This document shows positions 11,257 through 19,819 of a DNA stretch of 64,000 nucleotides, one piece after another. The DNA comes from Candidatus Limnocylindria bacterium (lineage in GTDB: Bacteria > Chloroflexota > Limnocylindria > Limnocylindrales > CSP1-4). A model generated the notes under the pieces. That model had not been told where the DNA came from. It searched no databases and worked only from the letters and a program-made list of their open reading frames with translations. Every line of letters starts with the position of its first letter. The stretch's first letter is position 1. Location: assembly GCA_035513775.1 (NCBI GenBank), contig DATKBR010000004.1, positions 469 through 64,468 of the forward strand, written 5' to 3'. The position numbers and the translations under genes are program-made.

Positions 11257-14238
11257 ATGCTTGGTTTTCTTTCCCGGTTCGTCGATTCGAACGACCGTGA
11301 GCTGAAGCGGATCCAACCGTTCGTCGACGAGGCCAACGATCTCGAGGAAGAGATCAAGGCCCTTACCGACGCCGAGATCCGCGAGCGGTTCACGGCGCTC
11401 CGCGACGAGTTCCGCGAGACGGTCCTGCCCGAGGAGCCGTCCGACGAGGAGCTCCACCACCCCGACCTCGAGCGCCGGCGCGAGCTCGCAAAGGCCCGGC
11501 GCCGGCGCGAGAACGCGGACATCCGGGCGGCGCTCGACGACATTCTGCCGGACGTGTTCGCGATGGCCCGCGAGGCCATGGTCCGGACCCTCGGCATGCG
11601 CCACTTCGATGAGCAGCTGATCGGCGGCGTCGTGCTCCATCAGGGCAAGATCGCCGAGATGCGCACGGGCGAGGGCAAGACCCTCGTCGCGCCGCTGGCC
11701 GCGATCCTCAACGCCGTCGCCGGCAAGGGTGTCCACGTCGTCACCGTCAACGACTACCTGGCCCGCCGTGACCCGCAGTGGATAGGCCCGATCTTCCATT
11801 TCCTCGGCCTCTCGGTGGGCATGATCCTGGGCCACCAGTCCGACGCCGGCGCCGCCTCGTACCTGTTCGAGCCGGGCTACCCGACCAATGACGAGCGCCT
11901 GATCAACCTTCGCCCGATCACGCGCCGCGAGGCCTACGCCGCGGACGTCACCTACGGCACGAACAACGAGTTCGGGTTCGACTACCTGCGCGACAACATG
12001 GTCACGGACCTCGAATCACGTGTCCAGCGCGAGCGCTATTTCGGCATCGTCGACGAGGTCGACAACATCCTCATCGACGAGGCGCGCACGCCGCTGATCA
12101 TCAGCGGCCAGGCCGAGGAGTCCGGCGATCTCTACTACACGTTCGCGCGCCTGGTCCCCCGCCTGCGCGAGCGCCGCGGTGACTGGATCGCCGGCGACCC
12201 GGACGACGGCGACTACTTCATCGACCTCAAGGACAAGGCCGTCTCGCCGACCGAGGAGGGCGTCGACAGGATCGAGAAGCTGCTCGGGGTCGAGAACATC
12301 TACGACGCGGACCCGCGCTTCGCCCGCCACTTCGAGCAGGCGCTCCGGGCGCACGCGATGTACAAGCGCGACCGCGACTACATCGTCAAGGACAACGAGA
12401 TCATCATCGTCGACGAGTTCACGGGGCGCCAGATGCCGGGCCGGCGCTGGAGCGAGGGCCTGCACCAGGCCATCGAGGCGAAGGAGGGCCTGCGCGTCCA
12501 GCGCGAGAGCGTGACGATGGCCACGATCACGTTCCAGAACTACTTCCGCCTGTACGACAAGCTGGCCGGCATGACCGGCACGGCGATGACCGAGGCCGAG
12601 GAGCTCCACAAGATCTACCAGCTCGAGGTCGTCGCCATCCCGACCCATCGCCCGATGATCCGGACCGACGACACCGACCTCGTGTACATCAACGAGCGGG
12701 CCAAGTTCAACGCCGTGGCCGACGAGATCGAGGAGATGCAGGCGGCCGGCCGGCCGATCCTCGTCGGCACGGTGTCCGTCGAGAAATCGGAGCGGCTCGG
12801 GGAGCTGCTCAAGCGGCGGGGCATAAAGCACGAGGTCCTGAACGCCAAGTTCCACGAGAAGGAATCGCTGATCGTCTCCCAGGCGGGCCGGACCGGCGCG
12901 GTCACGATCGCCACGAACATGGCCGGCCGCGGCACGGACATCCAGCTCGGCGGGAACCCGGCGGGCCTCGCGTCGGAGCTGCTCCACCGCAGGGGCCTCA
13001 ACCCCGCCGAGGTGGACAAGGAGACCTACGACGCGGCTCTCGCCGAGGCGAAGCAGACGACCGAGGAGGATCACGCGCGCGTCGTCGAAGCCGGCGGGCT
13101 GCACATCGTCGGCACTGAGCGCCACGAGAGCCGGCGCATCGACAACCAGCTCCGTGGCCGTGCCGGCCGCCAGGGCGACCCGGGCTCGTCGCGCTTCTAC
13201 CTCTCGCTCGACGACGACCTGATGAAGCGGTTCGCGAACGAGCGGATCGCCGGGCTCATGGAGCGGATGGGCCTCGACGAGGACAACTACATCGAGTCGG
13301 GGATGCTCGGCAAGACGATCGAGAGCGCACAGTCCCGTGTCGAGGGCTTCAACTTCGACATCCGCAAGCGCGTCGTCGAGTTCGACGACGTGATCAACCG
13401 CCAGCGCGAGACGATCTACGCCGAGCGCGACAAGGTCCTTCGCAACGAGGACCTGACCGAGACGATCCGGGTCTTCCTCGACGAGGACCTGGAAGACGTC
13501 GTCGCCCGGCACCTCGGCGATCCCAACGAAGCGGTCACCGAGGATGGCCTGGCGGACCTCCTGCTCGATCTCGGCCGCATGGGCCTCGGGGCGGACCGAA
13601 TCGACCACGACGCGCTGCTGGAGCTCAAGTCGGTCGCTGCGGTGTCGGAGCACGTCCGCGAGGTCGCCGACGCCCTCCTCGAGGCGAGGGAAGCCGAAAT
13701 CGGGGCCGAGCGCTGGGCGCAGATCGAACGGTTCGTCCTGCTGCGAACCATCGACTCGCTGTGGGTTGAGCACCTCACCGAGCTCGACGACATGCGCCGA
13801 GGCATCGGACTCCGCGGCTACGCCCAGCAGGATCCGCTCAACGAGTTCCGGAAGGAGGCGTTCCGCCTCTACGAGGAGCTCTCGGGCTTCATCCGGCACC
13901 AGGTAGCAAGCACCATCTTCCGCGTCCAGGTCCAGGATCAGCCACAGCCGCAATCGAGCGTATTCGCGATGCAGGGCCCTGGCCAGCGGGCGGCGGGCGG
14001 CGGCCCGGCTGCGCAGGGCAGCCGATCCGGCACGGGCATGCTGCCGGGCGTCCGGGCGATGGCCGGACAGGGCGTCAGCGGCACCGCCGGAACGGCCGGC
14101 GTGATGGCCACCGCGGGCGGCGGCGGGACCGGACAGCAGGCGCGGCCCGGCTACACGCCGTCGGGGACCAAGATCGGGCGCAACGACGCGTGCTGGTGCG
14201 GCTCCGGTCGCAAGTACAAGAAGTGCCACGGCGCCTGA
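11257..14238 (+). CDS. secA: Preprotein translocase ATPase SecA
   Basis: 993-aa with MRTGEGKTLVA, DEVDNILIDEARTPLIISG and the C-terminal zinc motif CWCGSGRKYKKCHG. Confidence 0.97.
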   Translation: MLGFLSRFVDSNDRELKRIQPFVDEANDLEEEIKALTDAEIRERFTALRDEFRETVLPEEPSDEELHHPDLERRRELAKARRRRENADIRAALDDILPDVFAMAREAMVRTLGMRHFDEQLIGGVVLHQGKIAEMRTGEGKTLVAPLAAILNAVAGKGVHVVTVNDYLARRDPQWIGPIFHFLGLSVGMILGHQSDAGAASYLFEPGYPTNDERLINLRPITRREAYAADVTYGTNNEFGFDYLRDNMVTDLESRVQRERYFGIVDEVDNILIDEARTPLIISGQAEESGDLYYTFARLVPRLRERRGDWIAGDPDDGDYFIDLKDKAVSPTEEGVDRIEKLLGVENIYDADPRFARHFEQALRAHAMYKRDRDYIVKDNEIIIVDEFTGRQMPGRRWSEGLHQAIEAKEGLRVQRESVTMATITFQNYFRLYDKLAGMTGTAMTEAEELHKIYQLEVVAIPTHRPMIRTDDTDLVYINERAKFNAVADEIEEMQAAGRPILVGTVSVEKSERLGELLKRRGIKHEVLNAKFHEKESLIVSQAGRTGAVTIATNMAGRGTDIQLGGNPAGLASELLHRRGLNPAEVDKETYDAALAEAKQTTEEDHARVVEAGGLHIVGTERHESRRIDNQLRGRAGRQGDPGSSRFYLSLDDDLMKRFANERIAGLMERMGLDEDNYIESGMLGKTIESAQSRVEGFNFDIRKRVVEFDDVINRQRETIYAERDKVLRNEDLTETIRVFLDEDLEDVVARHLGDPNEAVTEDGLADLLLDLGRMGLGADRIDHDALLELKSVAAVSEHVREVADALLEAREAEIGAERWAQIERFVLLRTIDSLWVEHLTELDDMRRGIGLRGYAQQDPLNEFRKEAFRLYEELSGFIRHQVASTIFRVQVQDQPQPQSSVFAMQGPGQRAAGGGPAAQGSRSGTGMLPGVRAMAGQGVSGTAGTAGVMATAGGGGTGQQARPGYTPSGTKIGRNDACWCGSGRKYKKCHGA

Positions 14239-14266
14239 CGCCGGGCATGCATCAGCGCCCCGGCCC

Positions 14267-14908
14267 ATGACCTCCCGGGCGGTGCTTCGTAGCGTCATGC
14301 TCCTGGCGGGCTGGGGACTGGGCGGCGGGATCCTGCTCCTCGGCTACATGGCGATCCGGATCTCCGCCCAGGGCGATCGCGACGAGCGGCGCCCGGCAGA
14401 CGCGATCGTGGTGCTCGGCGCCGCGCAGTTCAACGGCACGCCGGGCGGGGTTTTCGAGGCGCGGCTACGGCACGCCGTGGACCTGTACCACGAGGGTGTC
14501 GCCCCGTACCTCGTCGTGACCGGTGGCAAGCTGCTGGGCGATCGGACGACCGAGGCCGCAACTGCGCGCGCGTGGGCGATCGAGAACGGCGTGCCGGAGG
14601 GCGCGATCCTTGCCGAGGACAAGGGGCGCAACACCCTCTCGTCGCTGGAGGCGGTGTCGCTGGTCATGCGCGAGCACGACCTGGCCAGCGCGGTGTTCGT
14701 CAGCGACCGGACGCACATGTTGCGGGTGCTGAGGATGGCCTCCGACCAGGGCATCGTGGCATGGGGCTCACCAACCCAGTCCAGCCCAACCGACCGGGAC
14801 GAGTGGCGCCGGCGAAAGGCGATGGTCCACGAGCTCGCGGGGCTCGTCGCCTACTACGTCGGCGCCGGTCGGCTCATCGGCGACGCGGCGAACGCCAAAG
14901 CGCCCTGA
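14267..14908 (+). CDS. DUF218/YdcF-ElyC family membrane-anchored protein
   Basis: N-terminal TM, then DAIVVLGAAQ...RLRHAVDLYHEGVAPYLVVTGGK, typical of DUF218. Confidence 0.7.
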   Translation: MTSRAVLRSVMLLAGWGLGGGILLLGYMAIRISAQGDRDERRPADAIVVLGAAQFNGTPGGVFEARLRHAVDLYHEGVAPYLVVTGGKLLGDRTTEAATARAWAIENGVPEGAILAEDKGRNTLSSLEAVSLVMREHDLASAVFVSDRTHMLRVLRMASDQGIVAWGSPTQSSPTDRDEWRRRKAMVHELAGLVAYYVGAGRLIGDAANAKAP

Positions 14909-15010
14909 CCCGGAGCCCAGGTGCCGGCAGGGCCTGTCGTGCACCCCGATCGAGTGGTAACGTGCTGCCCAGACCGGGCGGCTGGAGGCACCGGTGGTGA
15001 GGTGGGGACG

Positions 15011-15541
15011 ATGGACTTCTCGAAGTTGAGCGCGGGCGACAAGCGCCTGCTGATCGCGGCTGCCGTTGCGCTGCTCGGCGGCCTGGTCAGCATCATCGAC
15101 CGCTGGGGCGTCGGCGGGATCATCGGCGGGCTGGCCGCCCTCGGGGCGATCCTCGTGCTGCTGCAGCCGCAGCTGTCGCCGGCCATGAAGCTCCCCGCGC
15201 CGAAGGCCACGCTCCTGCTGGGACTCGGTGGGATCGCTGCGGTCGGATTCATCCTGTCCGCGCTGCAGTACCTCGAGGACGTCTTCAGCCTGGGCCGGAT
15301 CTTCACGATCCTGTTCGACATAGGCCTCGTCGCGGCCATCGTTCTCGCGTACCTGGCCTGGCTCGGCTACAAGGCTGCCCAGGGCACGGCTGCCGCGGCC
15401 AGCCCGGCGGCGACGGAGAGCCCGGCGGCGATGGAGAGCCCGGCGGCGACCGAGGGCACGGCTGCTCCGGCCGACGAGGCGACGATGGAGAGGCCGGCCG
15501 CCCCGCCGCCGCCAGCACCGCCACCGCCCGCCGCGCGCTGA
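15011..15541 (+). CDS. Hypothetical polytopic membrane protein with a Pro/Ala-rich repeat tail
   Basis: ATG 15011 is preceded by GGTGAGGTGGGGA. GC3 drops upstream of it, so the GTG 14921 extension is unlikely. About 4 TM segments; the tail reads SPAATESPAAMESPAATEG...PPPPAPPPP. Confidence 0.5.
   Translation: MDFSKLSAGDKRLLIAAAVALLGGLVSIIDRWGVGGIIGGLAALGAILVLLQPQLSPAMKLPAPKATLLLGLGGIAAVGFILSALQYLEDVFSLGRIFTILFDIGLVAAIVLAYLAWLGYKAAQGTAAAASPAATESPAAMESPAATEGTAAPADEATMERPAAPPPPAPPPPAAR
15401..15454 (+). repeat. Three tandem 18-bp in-frame repeats (AGCCCGGCGGCGAYSGAG, encoding SPAA[T/M]E)
   Basis: Read directly: agcccggcggcgacggag / agcccggcggcgatggag / agcccggcggcgaccgag. Confidence 0.9.
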
Positions 15542-15579
15542 TTCGGCGACCCGGGCTCGCGATCGGGCAATTTCCCCTC

Positions 15580-15608
15580 TTGGCGCGGCGAAATCCGCCC
15601 CCTATACT
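15580..15608 (+). promoter_or_regulatory. Sigma-70-type promoter TTGGCG-N17-TATACT
   Basis: I counted the spacer as exactly 17 nt. It lies about 105 nt upstream of the Cys-rich ORF/prfB pair in an otherwise non-coding gap. Confidence 0.5.
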
Positions 15609-15713
15609 TCGGGCAACCCCAACGCGATGCCCAGCGCCACCTCGGCAGTTCGCGCCTGAGGTCGCGCCTCGCGTCGTAATTCGAATCCGTGCCGCCGCTG
15701 AAGTGAGGGATTC

Positions 15714-15941
15714 GTGAAGCAGGCTGAAGAAGCGACCTTCGTCGACCTGATCGCCTGCGAACGTGATTGCCGCAACTGCAGTTACGCCGCTGCGCTCGAC
15801 TGCGACGGCAACTGCGGCGTGTGTCCGCACAACAGCTACTGTCCCTGTGTGAACCCCGTCGTCGTCCGGAGCAAGTCGGCCCTGCGCCTGATCGAGCTCC
15901 GTCCGATCCTGCTCCAGGACCTCCGGGTCCCCAAGAACTAG
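15714..15941 (+). CDS. Small Cys-rich protein (75 aa, 8 Cys within 31 residues), unknown family
   Basis: GTG start 5 nt after a GAGG core. GC3 is about 84 percent, like the real genes here. Pattern C-x3-C-x2-C-x7-C-x3-C-x2-CP-x4-CPC. Its TAG stop shares one nt with the prfB GTG (TAGTG). Confidence 0.55.
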   Translation: MKQAEEATFVDLIACERDCRNCSYAAALDCDGNCGVCPHNSYCPCVNPVVVRSKSALRLIELRPILLQDLRVPKN

Positions 15942-17057
15942 TGGACGCCGCGCGCGTCCGCGACCTCGTGGAGCGGATCCGATCGACCTCGGGGCGTCTT
16001 TGACCTTCCGGGCAAGCAGTCGCGACTGACCGAGCTCGAGGCGCTCACCTCGGAGCCGGGTTTCTGGGACGACGGCCGCGCGGCGCAGGACGTGCTGCGC
16101 GAGGCGGATGGCCTTCGAGCGGACATCGAGCGCTGGTCCGGCATCCTCGGCCGCGCGGACGACATCGAGACGACGCTGGAGCTCGCCCAGGAATCGGGTG
16201 ACGCCGAACTCGAGAGCGAGGTCGACCGCACCGTCGACGACCTCGACGCGGACTTTGCCCGTGAGCGCACGGAGCTGCTCTTCTCCGGTGAGTACGACGG
16301 CCGGCCCGCGATCCTCTCGATCAGCGCGGGCGCCGGCGGCACGGAGGCCACGGACTGGGCGGCGATGCTCCTGCGGATGTACCTCCGCTGGGCGGAGCGG
16401 CACCGCTGGCAGACCGAGATCATCGATGAGCAGGAGGGCGAGCAGGCCGGCCTGAAGAGCGTGTCGGTCGCCGTCAACGGGCGGGGCGCCTACGGCTGGC
16501 TCCGCGCCGAGCGTGGCGTCCACCGCCTGGTCAGGATCAGTCCGTTCGATGCCCAGAACAGGCGCCAGACCACCTTCGGTCTGGTCGAGGTGATGCCGGA
16601 GCCGGACGAGGACATCCCGATCGAGCTCGACTGGGACCAGATCCGCGTCGACACCTACCGGGCGCAGGGCGCGGGCGGCCAGCACGTCAACAAGACGGAT
16701 TCCGCGGTGCGCCTCACGCACTTGCCGACCGGGATCGTGGCGCAGTCGCAGAACGAGCGCTCCCAGACCCAGAACAAGGAGACGGCGATCAAGGTCCTCA
16801 AGGCGCGGCTGCTGGAGCGGCAGCTGGAGGAGAAGGAGCAGGAGCTGAGCAAGCTGCGGGGCGAGCACGTCGAGGCGGGGTGGGGCAACCAGATCCGGAG
16901 CTACGTCCTGCACCCGTACCAGATGGTGAAGGACCTGCGCACCCAGTACGAGACCTCGAACACCGCGGCGGTGCTCGACGGCGAACTGGACGGGTTCATG
17001 CAGGCCGAGCTCGAGCGACTCGCGACCGGTGGCGACGGGGAGGGCACGGCGGCGTGA
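15941..17057 (+). CDS. prfB: Peptide chain release factor 2, expressed through a programmed +1 frameshift (join 15941..16000, 16002..17057)
   Basis: Frame 0 reads VDAARVRDLVERIRSTSGRL then TGA. The +1 frame continues DLPGKQSRLTELEALTSEPGFWDD..., which is RF2-like. SPF (RISPFD) and GGQ (GAGGQHVNKTDSAVR) motifs are present. Confidence 0.93.
15991..16004 (+). promoter_or_regulatory. RF2 autoregulatory frameshift site: internal SD GGGG, 3-nt spacer, CTT TGA C
   Basis: GGGG CGT CTT TGA C has the same architecture as the E. coli site AGGGGG TAT CTT TGA C. Confidence 0.9.
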
Positions 17058-17998
17058 TTCGCGGCGCGCCGTCGTCCGCCGGGATCACCTTCCGGCCCGC
17101 AACGGTGGCCGACCTGCCCGACTGCGGCCGAATCCACCGCGAGAGCATCGACGCGTATACGACGCGGATGGGCATTCCGCCCTCGCCGCCCGAGAACCCG
17201 GGCCTGCGCCGGCTGCACGGCCACACCCTCGCCACCGATCCAGGCAGGTTCATGGTCGCCGAGCGCGACCGCGGCGGGGGGCGGCGGCGAGTCGTTGCAT
17301 TCGGGTCGGCGATCGAGCGTGGGCCGCTGTGGTTCCTGTCGATGCTCTTCGTCGAGCCCGGCGAGCAGGCACGCGGGCTCGGACGGGCGCTGCTGGAGCG
17401 GCTCCTGCCCGAGACGCTGGAGGGCCGGATCCTCGCGACCTGCACGGACAGTGCGCAGCCCATCTCGAACGGGCTGTACGCGACGTTCGGAATGGTGCCC
17501 CGCATGCCGCTGCTCTACCTGGCAGGCCGCCCGCGCCCGCACTTCGCGTGGCCCGGGCTGCCTGAGGACGTCACTGCCGAACGCATCGAGGACGCCGCCG
17601 CCTGGCGGGAAGGCGCCGAGCTCGCTGCCTTCGATCGGTCCCTTTTGGGTTTCGTGCACCCCGAGGACCACGGCTTCGTGCAGGACGAGCCGCGCCACGT
17701 CTTCAGCTACCGGGCCGGCGGAGCGCTCGTCGGCTACGGCTATGCCGGGGAGATCGGGCGAATGGGACCTATCGGCGTGTCCGATCCGAGCCTGCTCATG
17801 CCCGTCCTGGGACATCTGCTCATGACCGTGGTCCCTCGCGGGGCATCGGCGGTCTGGTTGCCGGGAGCTGCCGGGGACGCCCTGGCGATGGCGATCCGGG
17901 CGGGCCTGCGCATCGACACGATGCCGGTCCTGTCGGCATGGACCCGCCAATACGCCGAATTCGACCGATATGTACCAATGTCCCCCGGACTGGTCTGA
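17054..17998 (+). CDS. GNAT-family N-acetyltransferase (two-domain, about 314 aa)
   Basis: GTG 17054 overlaps the prfB TGA (GTGA). Acetyl-CoA pocket-like LFVEPGEQARGLGRALLERL. Confidence 0.65.
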   Translation: MIRGAPSSAGITFRPATVADLPDCGRIHRESIDAYTTRMGIPPSPPENPGLRRLHGHTLATDPGRFMVAERDRGGGRRRVVAFGSAIERGPLWFLSMLFVEPGEQARGLGRALLERLLPETLEGRILATCTDSAQPISNGLYATFGMVPRMPLLYLAGRPRPHFAWPGLPEDVTAERIEDAAAWREGAELAAFDRSLLGFVHPEDHGFVQDEPRHVFSYRAGGALVGYGYAGEIGRMGPIGVSDPSLLMPVLGHLLMTVVPRGASAVWLPGAAGDALAMAIRAGLRIDTMPVLSAWTRQYAEFDRYVPMSPGLV

Positions 17999-18046
17999 TA
18001 GGGCCATTGTTGCGTTCAGTAAACGGGTGTTAGCCTCGGGGGGACC

Positions 18047-18847
18047 TTGTTGACCGTGAATCGCACCCGAAACACGCGCCCCGATCAGGCCGGCGGGCCC
18101 GGCGGCGTCATGTTCCAGCCCGAGCGCAACGGGGGCCCGAAACTGGCCCCGCGGCGACACGTGCTCGTGCTCAACGACGTCACCAAGACGTACCCGAACG
18201 GGCGAGATGCCCTCAAGGACGTCGATCTCGTGGTCCCCGAAGGTGACTTCGTGTTCCTCGTCGGTGCGTCGGGGGCGGGCAAGTCCACGCTGATGAAGCT
18301 CCTGATCCGCGACGAGCTGGCGACCCGGGGCACGGTCCTGCTCGACGGCGATGACCTGGCTCGGCTGCCCCGTCGCCGCGTACCCCACGTCCGGCGCAAG
18401 ATCGGCATCGTCTTCCAGGACTTCAAGCTGCTGCCCACCAAGAACGTGCGCGAGAACATCGCCTTCGCGCTGGAGGTCACGGGCACGCCGCGCCGTCGGG
18501 TCAAGCCCGCCGTCCAGCGCGTCCTGGCGCTCGTCGGCCTGACGGACCACGCGGAGCAGTATCCGAAGCAGCTCTCGGGCGGCGAGCAGCAGCGGACCGC
18601 CATCGCGCGGGCGCTGGTCCACGACCCGCGGATCATCATCGCCGACGAGCCCACCGGGAACCTCGACCCGCTGATCTCGTGGGAGATCCTCCAGCTCCTG
18701 CTGCGGATCAACGAGCTGGGCGTGACCGTGCTCATGGCCACCCACGACGCCGACATCGTCACCGCGCTCCGGAAGCGCGTCGTCGCCCTCGAGGAGGGCC
18801 GGATCATCCGCGACGAGGTCGGTGGCGGCTACCACCGGGGCGGCTGA
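18047..18847 (+). CDS. ftsE: Cell-division ABC ATPase FtsE
   Basis: Walker A GASGAGKST, signature LSGGEQQR, Walker B IIIADEPTGNLD. The start is uncertain: TTG 18047, ATG 18110 or GTG 18161. Confidence 0.9.
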   Translation: MLTVNRTRNTRPDQAGGPGGVMFQPERNGGPKLAPRRHVLVLNDVTKTYPNGRDALKDVDLVVPEGDFVFLVGASGAGKSTLMKLLIRDELATRGTVLLDGDDLARLPRRRVPHVRRKIGIVFQDFKLLPTKNVRENIAFALEVTGTPRRRVKPAVQRVLALVGLTDHAEQYPKQLSGGEQQRTAIARALVHDPRIIIADEPTGNLDPLISWEILQLLLRINELGVTVLMATHDADIVTALRKRVVALEEGRIIRDEVGGGYHRGG

Positions 18848-19731
18848 TGTTCTCGTTCCTCTTCTTCAGCGTCTCACGCGCCTGGCAAGGCTTCTGGCGC
18901 AACGCGGCCATGAGCCTCGCGGCTACCGCCACGATGACCCTGATGCTCCTCCTGCTGGCCTCGTTCTGGATCGTCCAGGCGGGCTTTCTCGCCAGCCTGT
19001 CCTACGTCGAAGACAAGGTCGGCGTCGTCGCGGACCTCGAGGACGACGCCCGCCAGGCAGACCTCGCCGATCTCCAGGCTCGCCTCGGCACGATGCCGGA
19101 GGTGCGCTCGGTCGAGTACGTATCCAAGGCCGAGGCGCTGCGTCGCTACCGCGAGGAGCGGCTCGCGCAGGGCCAGCGGGACCTCACCCAGTACCTCGCG
19201 GAGAACCCGCTGCCGGCGAGCCTCGAGGTCAAGCTCCGAACACCGGAGGACTACCGCACGGTCGCGAGCTTCCTGGGCGCCGAGTCGGTGGTCGCCAAGG
19301 TCCAGAACATCGAGGACACGACGGATCGCCTGGTCTCGCTCACGAGCTTCCTGCGCACGTTCGGCGTGCTCCTGCTGGCGGTCATCGGCGCGATCGTGCT
19401 GTTCATCGTGATCAACACGATCCGTCTCGCCGTGCTCGGGCGCGCCGAGGAGATCGAGGTCATGCGCCTCGTCGGCGCGTCGGATGCGTTCATCCGCTGG
19501 CCGTTCGTCTTCGAGGGGGCGCTGGTCGGCCTCCTGGGCGCGGCGCTGTCGCTGGGGGTCCTCATGGGCGCGGCGGAGCCGCTCTCGCAGTTCATGGTCG
19601 GCTTCTTCCAGATCCTGCCGATCAACGTCGGGTCGATCTCGCGCGACGTAACGCTGCTGGTCGTCGGCGCGGGCACGGGCCTGGGCGTCGTCGGCGCGTG
19701 GGTTTCCGTTCGAACCTACCTCATCCGCTAG
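18847..19731 (+). CDS. ftsX: Cell-division permease-like protein FtsX
   Basis: The ATG overlaps the ftsE TGA by 1 nt. One TM, a periplasmic domain, then three TM; the RLVGASDAFIRWPF motif is present. Confidence 0.9.
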   Translation: MFSFLFFSVSRAWQGFWRNAAMSLAATATMTLMLLLLASFWIVQAGFLASLSYVEDKVGVVADLEDDARQADLADLQARLGTMPEVRSVEYVSKAEALRRYREERLAQGQRDLTQYLAENPLPASLEVKLRTPEDYRTVASFLGAESVVAKVQNIEDTTDRLVSLTSFLRTFGVLLLAVIGAIVLFIVINTIRLAVLGRAEEIEVMRLVGASDAFIRWPFVFEGALVGLLGAALSLGVLMGAAEPLSQFMVGFFQILPINVGSISRDVTLLVVGAGTGLGVVGAWVSVRTYLIR

Positions 19732-19819
19732 CAGCTCCGGCGATGTCCCGGAGGGCATCGCGTTAGGCTTCACGCCCCGTCCGGAACGCGGCGGGCCTGA
19801 CCTGAGAGGTTCCCGAGCA

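Noticed and set aside
15303-15541. Pro/Ala-rich and GC-rich tandem repeats (15401-15454, 22070-22107, 32189-32218, 41645-41677), considered as a possible CRISPR or minisatellite array.
   Set aside because: The units are 9-18 bp with no spacers, at most 3-4 copies, and there are no cas genes. They are simple slippage repeats, in-frame within CDSs at 15401 and 41645 and intergenic at 22070 and 32189.
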